Positions 10,084 to 21,872 of a stretch of 64,000 nt of DNA are shown here, in pieces. The notes below the pieces were generated by a model. It did not search any database and was not told the DNA's origin. It saw nothing but the letters and a program-made list of their open reading frames with translations. Origin of the DNA: a virus; IMG/VR virus record IMGVR_UViG_3300005617_000005, positions 13,875 to 77,874 of that record. The stretch is one strand, 5' to 3'. The position numbers and the translations under genes were made by a program. Within the stretch, counting starts at the first letter, position 1. Each line of letters begins with the position of its first letter.

Positions 10084-11250
10084 TCATCTCCATTCAATTC
10101 GACGTGCTGGATCACTTCGTTCGCCGCCCTTGCACTCGCCACGGCAACAGAAAAGGCCGACCTCTTTGCTCGTGTAGACGTGCCCGCGCGCGCACGCCGG
10201 CGGCGCCGCAGGCTCGCCGTCTGGAAGCGCGACCAGGCCCGCCAGACGACCACCTTCGTCGCGGCGGTTGTCGTCGTAGAGCGTGACCGTTTGGATGCTT
10301 CGATGCCGACTGAAGCGCTGTACGGCGCGTACGTCGCCGCCGGTTTTGTCGAGAGCGGCCGTGATCGCAGAGTGCCGAAGGCCGTGCGGGCGCGCTTTCA
10401 CACCCACATCCAGACCGAGCGCCACGATCACCGAGTAAAGGCCCTCGCCCGACAGCCGATGACCGCGGTGATTGTCGTCGAGCGCAGTGAAAAGGGGCCC
10501 TGGCGACGCTCCACGGACCGCCAGCCACGCTTCGAGGGCCTGTTTGGTCGCCGGCGGCAGCGTGATCCACTGGCGCTCGTGGCGGCCTTTTCCGAGGATC
10601 GCCAGACCGCGCATGGCGTTGTAGTGCTTTCGATCGAGCTCGAGCACCTCTGACCGCCGTAGCGCGCAGTCGAAGAGCAGACGAACGAGCGCCGCGTCGC
10701 GCAAACCCTTGGGATCACCCCGCTCGGTAACACGTTGTAACATCGCCGAAATAGCCGCGGCACCTGGACCACGTGTGTCGCGGTACTGATCGGAGCGGAT
10801 CCGGTCTACTTCGATCGACCACGCGCAGAGGCCCAGCATGCGCCCCAACTTGAGCAAAGCCTTCAGCGCAGACAAACGGCGGTTGATCGTGGCCGGTGTG
10901 AGCCGATCTTCGACCATGACGCTGCGATAACGGAGCACGAGCGCGTTTCCGTCGCCGCTGTCGCACGCGAGCAGTCTGCGCGCCGCTTCCTCGGCGGTTG
11001 GTAACTTGAGGAATGCAGTGAAATTTTCGATGTCGCGCGTGTACGCCCGCAGTGTGTTCGGGTTTCGGCCGCGAAAGAACGCCTCCAGGAGCTCGCGCGC
11101 GCCGTTTCGCGGCGGTGCAACGCTCGGCGCTGCTATTTCCACCGCCGTCGGCACTGTTATCGCGTGATCGGACCGCGGTGAACCGCCGTCGACGGTTGCT
11201 CGAGCGAGCTCGCCGCCAGTGTTTTCGCGCAAATCCCCATCGCGCATCAC
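10084..11250 (-). CDS. Tyrosine recombinase/integrase (start uncertain)
   Basis: RDAAL..LLFDCALRRSE, ILGKG, HGLRH, SRH.SIQTVTLYD; N-terminal SAM-like region (NTLRAYTRDI). Confidence 0.93.
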   Translation of the reverse strand: MMRDGDLRENTGGELARATVDGGSPRSDHAITVPTAVEIAAPSVAPPRNGARELLEAFFRGRNPNTLRAYTRDIENFTAFLKLPTAEEAARRLLACDSGDGNALVLRYRSVMVEDRLTPATINRRLSALKALLKLGRMLGLCAWSIEVDRIRSDQYRDTRGPGAAAISAMLQRVTERGDPKGLRDAALVRLLFDCALRRSEVLELDRKHYNAMRGLAILGKGRHERQWITLPPATKQALEAWLAVRGASPGPLFTALDDNHRGHRLSGEGLYSVIVALGLDVGVKARPHGLRHSAITAALDKTGGDVRAVQRFSRHRSIQTVTLYDDNRRDEGGRLAGLVALPDGEPAAPPACARGHVYTSKEVGLFCCRGECKGGERSDPARRIEWR

Positions 11251-11534
11251 GGATCACGGTACCGATAACAGTTATTTCTGCAAGCGCAGCAGTGTTTGAA
11301 GTTGACGTAACTACTTGAAATCATTGATGAATTCGACGAAAACGACGTGATCTCTCACGGATCGCGACGATCGCGCGATCGTCGTTTGCGCCAGCACAAA
11401 TGCTGCGCGCCCAGTGCGCGCGGCGTGCGAAACGCCAGCACGGAGCAACGCGCGGATCGGGTCACGGATGGATCGGCCAGTCCGCGCGCAATGTGGGGGC
11501 CTGTTTTCAGGGTCGAAAAAAGAGCGCGGCAACG

Positions 11535-11563
11535 TTGACAGATACGCTAGAGTGCATTAGTAT
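11535..11563 (+). promoter_or_regulatory. Sigma70 promoter of the early operon with overlapping palindrome
   Basis: TTGACA-17 nt-TAGTAT; GAGTGCAT-tagt-ATGCACTC inverted repeat at 11550-11569; ATG 7 nt downstream. Confidence 0.85.
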
Positions 11564-11570
11564 GCACTCA

Positions 11571-11768
11571 ATGAGCCAGCATCCCCCACACCGGAAAGCT
11601 ACGCACGTAGCCACGGACCTTGGACGGGATGAAAGCGGATCGTTTCGTGCCGTCACTTTGGAGTGTGGGCACGTCCTAAAACTGAACGCGATCTACGCCT
11701 ACCGGACGGGAGACCAGCACGTGTGCTGGGAATGCCTCAAAAAAGAATCTTCAAAAAAGAGTGCATAA
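11571..11768 (+). CDS. Small Cys/His (Zn-binding) protein, first early gene
   Basis: LECGH...CWEC; directly after the promoter. Confidence 0.65.
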   Translation: MSQHPPHRKATHVATDLGRDESGSFRAVTLECGHVLKLNAIYAYRTGDQHVCWECLKKESSKKSA

Positions 11769-11816
11769 CAACGCACGGTGCTACGTCTGACTTTGAAACC
11801 AGGGAGAATCGAGACG

Positions 11817-12488
11817 ATGAAACGGAAAATCACGCGAGAAAAGGACGGGCGCTTCTGTACCGTCGAAATCGAGATCACGGACGGTCGCCTGTCCGTGTGC
11901 GGCGAGGAGGGGCGGATCGTGTCCTCGCGCGTGGCAAAGAAGCAAGCGTTGGAATACTGGCGCTCATTCTTCGAGGACAGCCCCGAAGAAATGATCGCGA
12001 TGAACAAGCGTTGCGGTACGCGGTTCACTTCGCCCACGAGTGCAGCGCGCTACGTGCTGAACACGGACGGAGAATTCCACGGCTTGGACGCACGCGAAGC
12101 GCCCGACGGTAGGATTCGGCTGCTCGAATCGTGCGGACAGATCCGCGAAACGATCGTCGAGTGGTTTCCGGAAGTAGCGCCGCTGCTTCCGTGGCACCTG
12201 AACGACATGAAAGCCGCGTGCGAGCATCAGGAAGCGGAGGGTTGGGACAAGCGCCCGATCGATTCGTCCAAGCCGCTGAACGCATACGGACGTTTTTTCG
12301 ACGGACAGAAACAAGACTCTTGGAACATGCTCGCGTGGATCCGTCGCGACGAGCATCCCGAAGGTTTGCTTAGCGAGCCGTGCCCTACGTGCGGGTACCG
12401 CTACGGGACGGCATGGCTAAAGCGCGATCTTCCATCCGAGATCATCGCGCTCGCTGGATCGGTTTGCAAAGACGATCGCGCGGCTTAG
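11817..12488 (+). CDS. Phage early hypothetical protein
   Basis: SCGQI...FPE..PLLPWHLND...CPTCGYRYG.AW; AGGGAG RBS. Confidence 0.7.
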   Translation: MKRKITREKDGRFCTVEIEITDGRLSVCGEEGRIVSSRVAKKQALEYWRSFFEDSPEEMIAMNKRCGTRFTSPTSAARYVLNTDGEFHGLDAREAPDGRIRLLESCGQIRETIVEWFPEVAPLLPWHLNDMKAACEHQEAEGWDKRPIDSSKPLNAYGRFFDGQKQDSWNMLAWIRRDEHPEGLLSEPCPTCGYRYGTAWLKRDLPSEIIALAGSVCKDDRAA

Positions 12489-12576
12489 TTCGCGGCTCGA
12501 CACACGGCGCGCGATCCATCGATCGCGCTCCGTAGTCGGTTCACGAAGTGTGAAACGAAACCAGGGAGACACGGGG

Positions 12577-15259
12577 ATGCGTTGGTCAATCTACAATCCA
12601 AAGGGGCGTTGCATTGCGAAAGTCATGCACGCCGAAGACGCGGCGATGTTCGTCGGGTCTCTTGGCGCGAACTACACCGTCCGGAACGGGCGCACGATCG
12701 TGTGGCATGAAGGCCACGAGACGATTAGCGCGTGCGAAAGTTTCGACGCGTGCGCGGACGTCATGATCCAGCGCGCGGGTAACCCCTACCTCCGTCACGT
12801 GGTGACGTCATGAATTGCCAGATCCAATGGATCGATTGTGACGGGCGCAGCACTGCGCACGACGCGCAAGCCGTGGCCTACGCGGTTCACAAGGGGAAGC
12901 GCTATCCGATCTGCGCGGCTCACCTGGAGACCTTGAAGGGTCGCCGATCGCATCACTCGCCCGATTGCCCACACCTTGGCGGTTTCTACTTCGCCGGTCT
13001 CTGGGACGTTGAGCCGTTGGTCGATCCCGACCTTGCGAAGCGCTACCGCTTCTTCGTCGAGCACGCGGGCTACTGCTCGCCTCCCGGTCGCGTTGCATGC
13101 GCGCTGGCGCTCGCGAAAGCAGAGCAGGCGGCAGAGCGCCGCGGCTTGAAGGTGCAATGGGAGGAAGAGTGCATGCCGTGGGATGGCGATTGCCCACCCC
13201 CGAAGGTGCACCTGATGGCCAGCATCTACCACCCCGATCGCTCGCCGACTGCTCGCCTAGGTGACGCGCACTATTTCGTGCTGGCGCACCTTGGATCCAT
13301 CGGGCTCGATTCGTGGCGCGATCCGTATATGCGCGTTGTAGCCGCTGAATTGTTCAGCGAAGCGCTTGGCGTGCTCGACGACGAGGACAGCGAAAAAGCC
13401 GAAACGCTGGCGCAACGCGCGACCTACGCGGGGGTTTTCTGATGGGCCTCGAAGTGATTCGCGATCTTTGGTTCTGCGTCGACTGCACGATCGCCGAAGT
13501 GAATGGCGATTGGTCGGGGGTCGAAGGTGAGGAGCGCGTTGCACAAATGGACGCTGGGTTCAAAAGGCTTGGCGAGCAATACGGCCACGTGTCCGCGAAT
13601 TTCGACAGTGAGACCGAGGAAGGGATCCGCGAATTCTCCTCGTGCGGCTGCGATTGTTGCGGCTCGCGTCTCGCTGGAACGTTCCACCGCTTCGCTGTCC
13701 TGGGGGAAAAGTCATGAGCCGCGAAACGATCCTGGACGGCATGGCGACGATCCTTTGGGGATCGGCGTGGGCCGATCACGCCGACGAGTGCAAATGCACG
13801 AACCTCTCCGGCTGCGAAATCACGGAGATCATGCCGGCGATCCCCAAGGAAGCGCGCGAGCATGCCGAGCGCATCGCGAGCACGTACGAAAAAATGAATG
13901 AGTGCAGTCTCGAAGCGCTCTACCAGCGCGCGCTCGACGCGGATGCGAAGGAAGGCATCGAAGCGTGCGACGAAAATGCGAGCCTGGAACGGTTCGGGGA
14001 ATGTCTCGCGTGGGAAGCGATGGGCGCTGGCGTCTCGTGGGAAGACGATCACGCGGAGTATGAACACGACTACCCGCACGACGCTGGCGTCGCCGCGTGC
14101 GAATTGATGTACCTCGCCGAAACCACGTGCGACGAGTGCAAGGCGAAGCGCCGGAAATACACCGTGCTCTCCCTGGATATGTGGGGCCACGTCCCGGCCG
14201 ACTGCCATAAGCACGGCTGCCCGTGCATGCTCACCACGGACGAACGGGGCCCGTTCCACGACGACGATGCGTGCGAGTGCCACGAGGATTGCAACAATCA
14301 GCACAAGGTCGGCACGATCGAGACGCGTAACGACGAGGACAAGACGATCTTGGAAGCGCTACTCGACGCGGAATTTCTGTCTGCCGAGGGGCGCGAGAAA
14401 TGTGAAATCGACGACTACACGGACGGCACGATGCTGGACGTGCTCGACGACGACGGGCGGCGAGTGTTCGCTCTGCACTTGGTCGAGGAAGATGAGGAAG
14501 ATTCGACGACGGTCCCGTCCGATTTTGTCGTGCGTCCCCTCGCGACGGACCAAGAGAAAAAGAACGCCAAGGATCTGGTTACGTGCGGGACGTGCGGTCG
14601 ATCATGGGACGATGCCGTCCCGACTGCCTACACGCCAGCACCAAGCGCGCGCTGTCCATTCGAGGCGTGGCACGCAGAAAGCAAGGAGCCGTGAGCAAGC
14701 CCAAACGCAAAAAAGCCGGACCGCACACGTGGGCGATCCCGTTCACGATTACCGTGACTGGCCACGTCTACATCACAGGCTCGCGCAAGGCTGCCGAAGC
14801 AAAGGCGCGCGAAATGGACGAACACGGTTTCGACCTACGCGCCGAAGGACAGAACGTCGAAATCGACGAGTGGACGGAAGTGCACCAAGACCGCATCGAA
14901 GACATGGGAGAATACTGATGAGCAACGGCACGCAATTGGTTCAGGTGATTGGAGTCGACGGGCGCGCGTTCAGCGTAGTGCTCGTGCAAAAGGGCGAGCG
15001 CTACGGGCTCAACGATTGTCTCGTCCACGATCGGAACGATCCGCTCGTGGAATTCTGGGACGATTCGGCAGACCGCAAGAAATTCCCCGCGCGTGGACAG
15101 TTCGTCTCGCGCTACTACCTCAACACGCTTCTGCAAAGCCCCAAGACCGCGGGGCTCGATCTGGTCGGCTACGTCGCCGCGTGGAAGATCGACGCGCCGG
15201 AAATGGCGAAGGTTCGCGCCGCGCTCGAAACGTGGTGCCTCGCGAAAGGAGCAGCATAG
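12577..15259 (+). CDS. Coupled early-type hypothetical genes (12577-12813, 12810-13442, 13442-13717, 13714-14694, 14691-14918, 14918-15259)
   Basis: ATGA/TGATG overlaps; acidic Cys-rich proteins typical of phage early regions. Confidence 0.7.
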
Positions 15260-15844
15260 AAAAATTACTGGCCCATTCGTGGGCCGGACTAGTCGCGCGA
15301 TTGGTGGACGGAGGTTCCCTCCCTGGTTCCCCGGTCAATCGCGCGCCTAGTCCGGCGCATGACGCGACGGACAACAAGGAAACGGGGATGCAAGAGACGA
15401 GCGTGACAATGACGTGGACGTGCGACGTGTGCGGCGGTACCGCCACGACGCCGCGCGGTCTGCCGGACGGGTGGCGCGAAGTGCGCATCGCTCAGTGGAA
15501 CAACGCGGGTCACGAAGGTGACAAGCATCACGTCTGCGGCAGCGACGAGCCGTCGTGCTTTCGACGGTTGCTGATCAAGCTCGCGAACGAGGACAAGCGG
15601 AAATGACCGCGCTCGCCGACGCCATGTGGGCCGGAGACGTTGACTTGCTCAACGAATTGGCTCCGTGCCAGTGCTGTTGCGACGAGCACACGTACGGCGA
15701 GGGTTGCCCCGCCTATCAGTGGGGCGGCTGCCGTGGCCAAGGGGCCATGACGCGCGCAGAAGAAGCTTCGTGGAAACGGCACTACATGCAGCACCACGGA
15801 ATGACTGAGAACGAATTCTACGGTTACGAACAAGGAGAACGGGG

Positions 15845-16006
15845 ATGAACACTGCACGATTGCGTGAGCACGTTCGCATGATCGCAGATCACGCGAAGGA
15901 AACCGAAGAAGCCGGCACGCCGGACGTTGGAGCGGCGCTCGCTGACATCGCCGATCTTCTCGAAGATCTGGAACGGCGCGTCGAGCGCTTGGAGAAACGA
16001 TCGTGA
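15845..16006 (+). CDS. 53-aa coiled-coil protein not in ORF track
   Basis: AAGGAGAACGGGG-ATG; MNTARLREHV...LERRVERLEKRS; stop overlaps the methyltransferase start. Confidence 0.65.
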   Translation: MNTARLREHVRMIADHAKETEEAGTPDVGAALADIADLLEDLERRVERLEKRS

Positions 16007-17586
16007 AAACACGAGCGACCAAGATCACTCTCAGCCGCGAATTGATCGTCGACAACTTCGCCGGTGGTGGTGGCGCATCCGAAGGCATCGAAATGGCGCT
16101 CGGCTACTCGCCGGACGTCGCGATCAATCACGACGCGGAAGCCATCGCGATGCACGAGACGAACCATCCCGAGACCGCGCACTACACGGCAGACGTGTGG
16201 GACGTCGATCCGTCCGAAGTGTGCGACGGTCGTTTCGGCTCGCGCAAGGTCGGGCTCGCGTGGTTCTCGCCCGACTGCAAACACCACTCGAAGGCCAAAG
16301 GCGGCAAGCCCTTGGACAGCAAGCTTCGCGGGCTCGCGTGGGTCGTCGTCAAATGGGCGCAGAAGGTTCGCCCGCGCGTCATCATTCTCGAAAACGTCGA
16401 GGAGTTTCAGGACTGGGGCCCGCTCAACAACGCGGGACGTCCGATCGAGGAGCGCAAGGGCGAGACGTTCAAGAAATGGTGGAACGATCTCAAGGCGTGC
16501 GGCTACGAAATCGAGGCGCGCGAGCTTCGCGCATGCGACTACGGCGCGCCGACGACGCGAAAGCGTCTCTTCATCATCGCGCGCTGCGACGGACAGCCGA
16601 TCGTGTGGCCCGAACCGTCGCACGGTCCTGGACGCAAGCCGTACCGCACTGCCGCAGAGATTGTGGACTGGGACCAACCGATCCTGTCGATCTTCGCGAC
16701 GCGCGACGAGGCAAAGGCTTTCGCGAAGAAGCATGATCTCGACGGCACGCCGCAACGGCCCCTCGCCGAGAAAACGCTCGCGCGCGTTGCTCGCGGCGTC
16801 GATCGCTACGTCCTGAACGCGGCGAAGCCGTGGATCGCGCCGACGCGCGGGTTCATCGCGCCGACCGCGCACGGTGGCGTCGGCCGGAAAGATCACCGCG
16901 TGCATTCTCTCGACGAGCCGCTTCGCACCGTGACAGGTGGAAGCCGTGGCGATCACGCTCTCGTGATCCCGTCGCTCATCCAAACGGGCTACGGCGAGCG
17001 CAAGAGCACGAAGCGCGCGCCGAAGGCTCAAGAGCCGCGCATCCTCGACATCCACGCGCCGCTCGGGACCGTCGTCGCCGGTGGACAGAAGCACGGGCTC
17101 GTCGCGGCCTTCCTCTCGAAGCACAACGGAGGCCACGAGCCGACCGGCACGCAGCTACACAACCCGATGGACACCGTGACGGCTCGCGACTCGCACGCGC
17201 TCACGACGGCCTTCCTGTCAAAGTATTACGGCACGTCGACGGGCTCGTCGATGAACGAACCGGTCGCGACGATCACGGCAGAGGGCAATCACCTCGCGCT
17301 TGTGCGCGCCTTCCTCAAGAAGTTTCGAGGCAGCGCGAAGAACACGATCAAGATCGGGGGCGACGTCTACGCCATCGTCGACATCGGGATGCGCATGCTC
17401 CAACCGCGCGAGCTTTTCCGCGCGCAGTCGTTCGGCGACCACTACCGCATCGAGCACGATGCGTACGGCACGCCACTGACCAAAGGCGCGCAGATCAAGA
17501 TGGCTGGCAACAGCGTGCCGCCCGAAATGGCGTGCGCACTCGTTCGTGCCAACTACAGCTCGCGCTCCGAGCGGAGGGCAGCATGA
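16003..17586 (+). CDS. DNA (cytosine-5)-methyltransferase
   Basis: FAGGGG, SPDC, ENV, RKR and GNSV motifs. Confidence 0.95.
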   Translation: MKTRATKITLSRELIVDNFAGGGGASEGIEMALGYSPDVAINHDAEAIAMHETNHPETAHYTADVWDVDPSEVCDGRFGSRKVGLAWFSPDCKHHSKAKGGKPLDSKLRGLAWVVVKWAQKVRPRVIILENVEEFQDWGPLNNAGRPIEERKGETFKKWWNDLKACGYEIEARELRACDYGAPTTRKRLFIIARCDGQPIVWPEPSHGPGRKPYRTAAEIVDWDQPILSIFATRDEAKAFAKKHDLDGTPQRPLAEKTLARVARGVDRYVLNAAKPWIAPTRGFIAPTAHGGVGRKDHRVHSLDEPLRTVTGGSRGDHALVIPSLIQTGYGERKSTKRAPKAQEPRILDIHAPLGTVVAGGQKHGLVAAFLSKHNGGHEPTGTQLHNPMDTVTARDSHALTTAFLSKYYGTSTGSSMNEPVATITAEGNHLALVRAFLKKFRGSAKNTIKIGGDVYAIVDIGMRMLQPRELFRAQSFGDHYRIEHDAYGTPLTKGAQIKMAGNSVPPEMACALVRANYSSRSERRAA

Positions 17587-20160
17587 AGCAGTGGCTTGTA
17601 CTGGAGCGTCGCCCATTGGAAGTGCGCGCGCGGAAGGTCTCAATCTTTCGCTACACCGTGATCGCGGAGACGCCCGAGGAGGCGGTGCAGATCGTGAAAG
17701 ACGATCACGGATCAACGCGTGCCTCGAAGTGGAGCGCGCGACCTATTGACGGATCGTTGTGCTGGGGGTGCGAGCTGCACGAGCCGACGCCCGAAGAGAA
17801 AAAAGAGCAGCGCGCGAAAGGTTGGACGCCATGAAACGACAAAAGCACGACGAAGTGATCACGGTCCGCAACGCTGATGGGGAGTTGATCGCGCTCGTCG
17901 AGCCCGAATCGAGCGAGCCGCTTCTCACGCGAACGCGCTTGAAGAAGTTTCTCCCGCGCGGGTGGATCGTCGAAGTCAAAAACGTTGTCGAAGTGACGCG
18001 CTTCGAGGAGTGGGCGCTCGAAAAAGGCTTGGCGGTTCACGGCCAACGGCTCATCGAAGAGCAAGAGAAGCGATGAGCCTCACCAAGATCCGAGCGCTCA
18101 CGCCCGAGCAGCAAGAGACCCTTCGCACGGCGCGGGAGATCATCCGCGCCGCGTACTACGGAGAATTCGCGCCGCACGCGAGCAACGCGCATTCGGTCTG
18201 CGACAAACTTTCCGCGCTCATCGGCGAGCGCTACAGCTTTCGTTCTGGCGAAGTGCTCGAACCCCCGAGGCCAAGACGATGACGCACATCCCGAAGCCCG
18301 ACGGGCGAACCTACTGCGGACGTCTCGTGGCCAAGGTCACATGCGTCAACCTCGCGAAGGACGCGATCGACGACGCCACGTGTCGAAGCTGCCAACGTAG
18401 CGACGACCGGCGCACGCGCGAGGAGTACAAGAAGACCGACGAGTACAAGAAACAGCGCGAGCTCCTTGCGACCGATACGGGTTGGGAGCCGACATGACCC
18501 GCAAAGAAATCTACGCGGCCGTACTCGAGGCGATGCAACCCGCCGAAGAACTCAACGGACCCGAGGGCGACGAGTACCTCAGGCTGATGGCCGACATCGC
18601 TTGTGAGGCGACCAAACGCATCACGACGCAACTCGAACGCGGCTACGCGCCCAAGGTCACGATCTTCTTTCACGACCCGCTCTGCGGCATGAGCACGTGC
18701 TTCGGGCCGCCGGCGTGCAACTGCGCGTGCCACGAGGCAAAGCCGTGAGCCGCCATCGCGTTTGGGTTCACGATAGCGCCGGCGTTCACACGCCAAGCCA
18801 CCCGCTCGGCTCGCGCCGCGCCGCGGAAGTCTTCGCCGCGAACCGTTCGCGCTTCCGGCGTGACTGCTTCGTGGTCGTCATCGTCGACGGCCAACAGCAA
18901 AAGCTCGTCGCCTACCGCAACGGGCGTCTCAGCGGATCGGTGTTCGACAATTCGTTCGATCCCGAACCGGTCATCGTGCAGGTTTCAGCCGATGGCCTCG
19001 TCTATGCTCTAGCGCAAAAGGTTTCCGCATGAAAAAGCAGATCGCACAAGCACGGGCCACGCCCGAACAACTCGCCGCGCTTCAACGTGCTCGCGACAAG
19101 AAGCACGGCATCGTCAAAGCCCGCGTCGAAGAAAACGTCTGGTGCCCGGTTCACGGGCTACTGAGAGACGAAACGAAGAAGTGCGACTGCAACGTCGTCG
19201 TGTCGAGTGACATCATCAAACGCTGCCCGAAGTGCGACAAGGAATTCACGAAGCTCACGTGGAAGCTTCTCGACTTCGCCTACTACATGGACGACGACGC
19301 GCCGGCGGACCCGGAGCATCCGGAGTGGGGCGAGCCGCAAGGCAGGCTCGAATTCCGCAACTGCGAGTGCGGCTCGACGATCGCCATTCCGACGAAACAA
19401 CTGGAGGAGCCGTGAACCCCGAAGATTGGAAGAGCATTCACGACGAAGTCGACAAGGCGATCGACGCGTGCACGAACTTCAAAAAGACCCCGCCGCCGCC
19501 CGGCGCTGTCTTGTACGACGGCACGTCGAACGGCTGGCGCATCCTCGTGATCTCGTTCCCAATGCCCGGCCGCAACGGTAATGGGTACGACGGCTCAGCG
19601 AGCGGCATCCGGCAATGTGAGCTCGCGCTCGCTGCCCCGAAGCTGACCATCTACCGTCTCCCGCGCGAGATGGCAGAGAAAGCGTTCAAGCTCGCGGAAA
19701 GGCTGACGCACTCATGATCAGCGTCGGCGAAGCCATCGCAGCCATGACGTTCGTCACGTCGACTTCCTTGTGGCAGTGGTACAAGGCGCGACGCGCGCTC
19801 GCGAAAGCAAACAAGCGCATCGAGTGCTTGGAAGAACAACAGGGAGAGCCCAAGAGCGAGTCGTTGCCGGGCAGTGGTCCGTTCCGCACGAACGTGTTCG
19901 CACCGCACGAGTTCCCGCCGCGGCTTGAAAGCTCGAAACGGCTGTACCCGTACGCACCGGGCAGCAACAAGACCATCCACGTTTGCTGTCCGATGTGCGG
20001 CGGCATGGGCTTGCCGAAGGCGTGCCAGTGCAGCGATCACGCCGAGCCGCACCTTCACCAGAAGTGTGACAACGGCGGCTGCGGTTTTCGCTACGCGATG
20101 CAGAGCAGAATCGCATCCGAACGAGAAAAAGCCGAACGAGAGAAAGCGCAGAAAAAATGA
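17583..20160 (+). CDS. Chain of about 9 small coupled hypothetical genes, many with CxxC motifs
   Basis: Continuous 4-nt overlaps. Confidence 0.6.
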
Positions 20161-20390
20161 GAGGCAACCCGAACGCAGAACGACTCTCCGCGAGGCTCCG
20201 CCTCACCGACAGGGAGGGCGCTCTCAAAGAGATCACCGACGCGATCAACAAGGCCGGCGGCAACGTTCAGGGCGCGGCCGACGAGCTTGGCATCGCGCGA
20301 CGAACGCTCTTCATGTGGGCGAGCGAGTACAGCGAGATTTCCAACGCGCTGAAGAAGGCACGACGCAAGAAGGCGAAGGAGGCAACGTGA
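20157..20390 (+). CDS. Fis-type HTH protein
   Basis: AINKAGGNVQGAADELGIARRTLF. Confidence 0.8.
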   Translation: MRGNPNAERLSARLRLTDREGALKEITDAINKAGGNVQGAADELGIARRTLFMWASEYSEISNALKKARRKKAKEAT

Positions 20391-21255
20391 AAACTTTCTC
20401 AAAAATACTCGACGACCTCACCTCGTACATCGGCGTCGAGATTGTGGTCAATCACGTGCCGCCGGACGACATGATCAAGGCCGTGCTCTTTCAAGCGGTC
20501 GCGGGTTGCTACACCCGCGGCGAAAGCAAAGAGCAGTTTCTCGAACACTGCGCGACTTCTTGGGATCACGCGGTGTCGCTGGAAGAGAGAAAGAAGCTTT
20601 CATGATCGCCAAGCTCATTCTCTGGCTGTACTCGGTGATTTTTCCGCAGTGCATGGTCCACGTCTACACCGGCCCGATGCACGACTACACTGACGAATAC
20701 TTCAGCGAGCAGCTCAACGCGGATTCATTCGCGCGGCGCGACATCGTTTTCAAACGCGACTTCAAGCGCGAGATGCGCATGCTCAGCATGCCGTTCGTAT
20801 ACGGCGTCGCGTGCCGGGAGACGCCATGAACCTGCAACTAGGCGAGCGAGAAATCACCGTCACCGTCGCCCGAACCGACCGAATCGCCGGAGGTGTCTCC
20901 ATAGAATTTCGTGAGGTAACAAGCCCGAACTCGGCCATCGTGCAGTGCGTTCACCTCTCGAAAGATGAAGCCGAAAAATTGCTCCTCGATCTCAAGGAGA
21001 TCCTCACATGAGCCGCGAAGCATTCCAGATCGCGCTGCTCCGAGCGCGCTACGAAGCGTGGGAGCGCATCGGCGAGGCCGTGCGCGAGCTCGCCGACACC
21101 GGCACGTGCGAAGAAGCGAAAGTCGTCGCCGCAGAGAACGCCGTCGCGATCCACAACGAAATCGCCAGCGCAGGAGCCGCGGAGTACGTGGGGTACAACA
21201 TGTCGGTCGAGAAAAAAGTCATCGAGGCTTTTCAGCGCTTCCCGGAGCGGTCGTG

Positions 21256-21498
21256 ATGCCGGCGTGGGGATGGATCGTGCTCTGCATCGGAGCGTTCTGC
21301 TTCGGCTGGACGCTCGGCGCCGACTGGCTTCGGAATCGCGGGCCGTTTCTCAAGTTTCGTCTGGCTGGCGAACGCATCAAGCCGTACCGAGACGACTATT
21401 TCGTTTGTGCCGAGCGCGGCGATGACGAAACCGGCGACGGCTCGAAAGAGAAACCGTTCAAGACACTGGCGCGACTCAAAAAGGAATTCGAGAAATGA
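21256..21498 (+). CDS. Small membrane protein with isolated G-D-x-T-G-D-G-S-x-E-K-P-F-K-T motif
   Basis: N-terminal TM, then YFVCAERGDDETGDGSKEKPFKTL. Confidence 0.6.
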   Translation: MPAWGWIVLCIGAFCFGWTLGADWLRNRGPFLKFRLAGERIKPYRDDYFVCAERGDDETGDGSKEKPFKTLARLKKEFEK

Positions 21499-21872
21499 AC
21501 CGAGTTGAAGCAGCGGTCGCACTCATCACGCGATCCGACACCAAGATCCTCGTCGTGTGGAACAAGCGCTACGGGCGATGGGCGATGCCCGGCGGACGGG
21601 TCGAAGACGGCGAGACCCCGGTCGATGCCGTTTGCCGCGAGGTCACCGAAGAGACCGGCCTCGAAGTCAGAAATCTGATCCACATCTATGAAGGACCTCA
21701 CAATGAAAGCGTCGCGTCGACGCGCGGTTCGTACGTGCACGTTTTTGCGGTGACGCCGATCGGCGAGCCACGCGAGCGCGAAGAGGGGTGTCCGATCACG
21801 TGGTTCTCGCGCGAAGAATTCCTGAAGTGGGGCCTCGCGCCGGACTTCTACCGAAAGATGTTCGACCGATGA
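21495..21872 (+). CDS. NUDIX hydrolase
   Basis: GGRVEDGETPVDAVCREVTEETGL. Confidence 0.95.
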   Translation: MNRVEAAVALITRSDTKILVVWNKRYGRWAMPGGRVEDGETPVDAVCREVTEETGLEVRNLIHIYEGPHNESVASTRGSYVHVFAVTPIGEPREREEGCPITWFSREEFLKWGLAPDFYRKMFDR

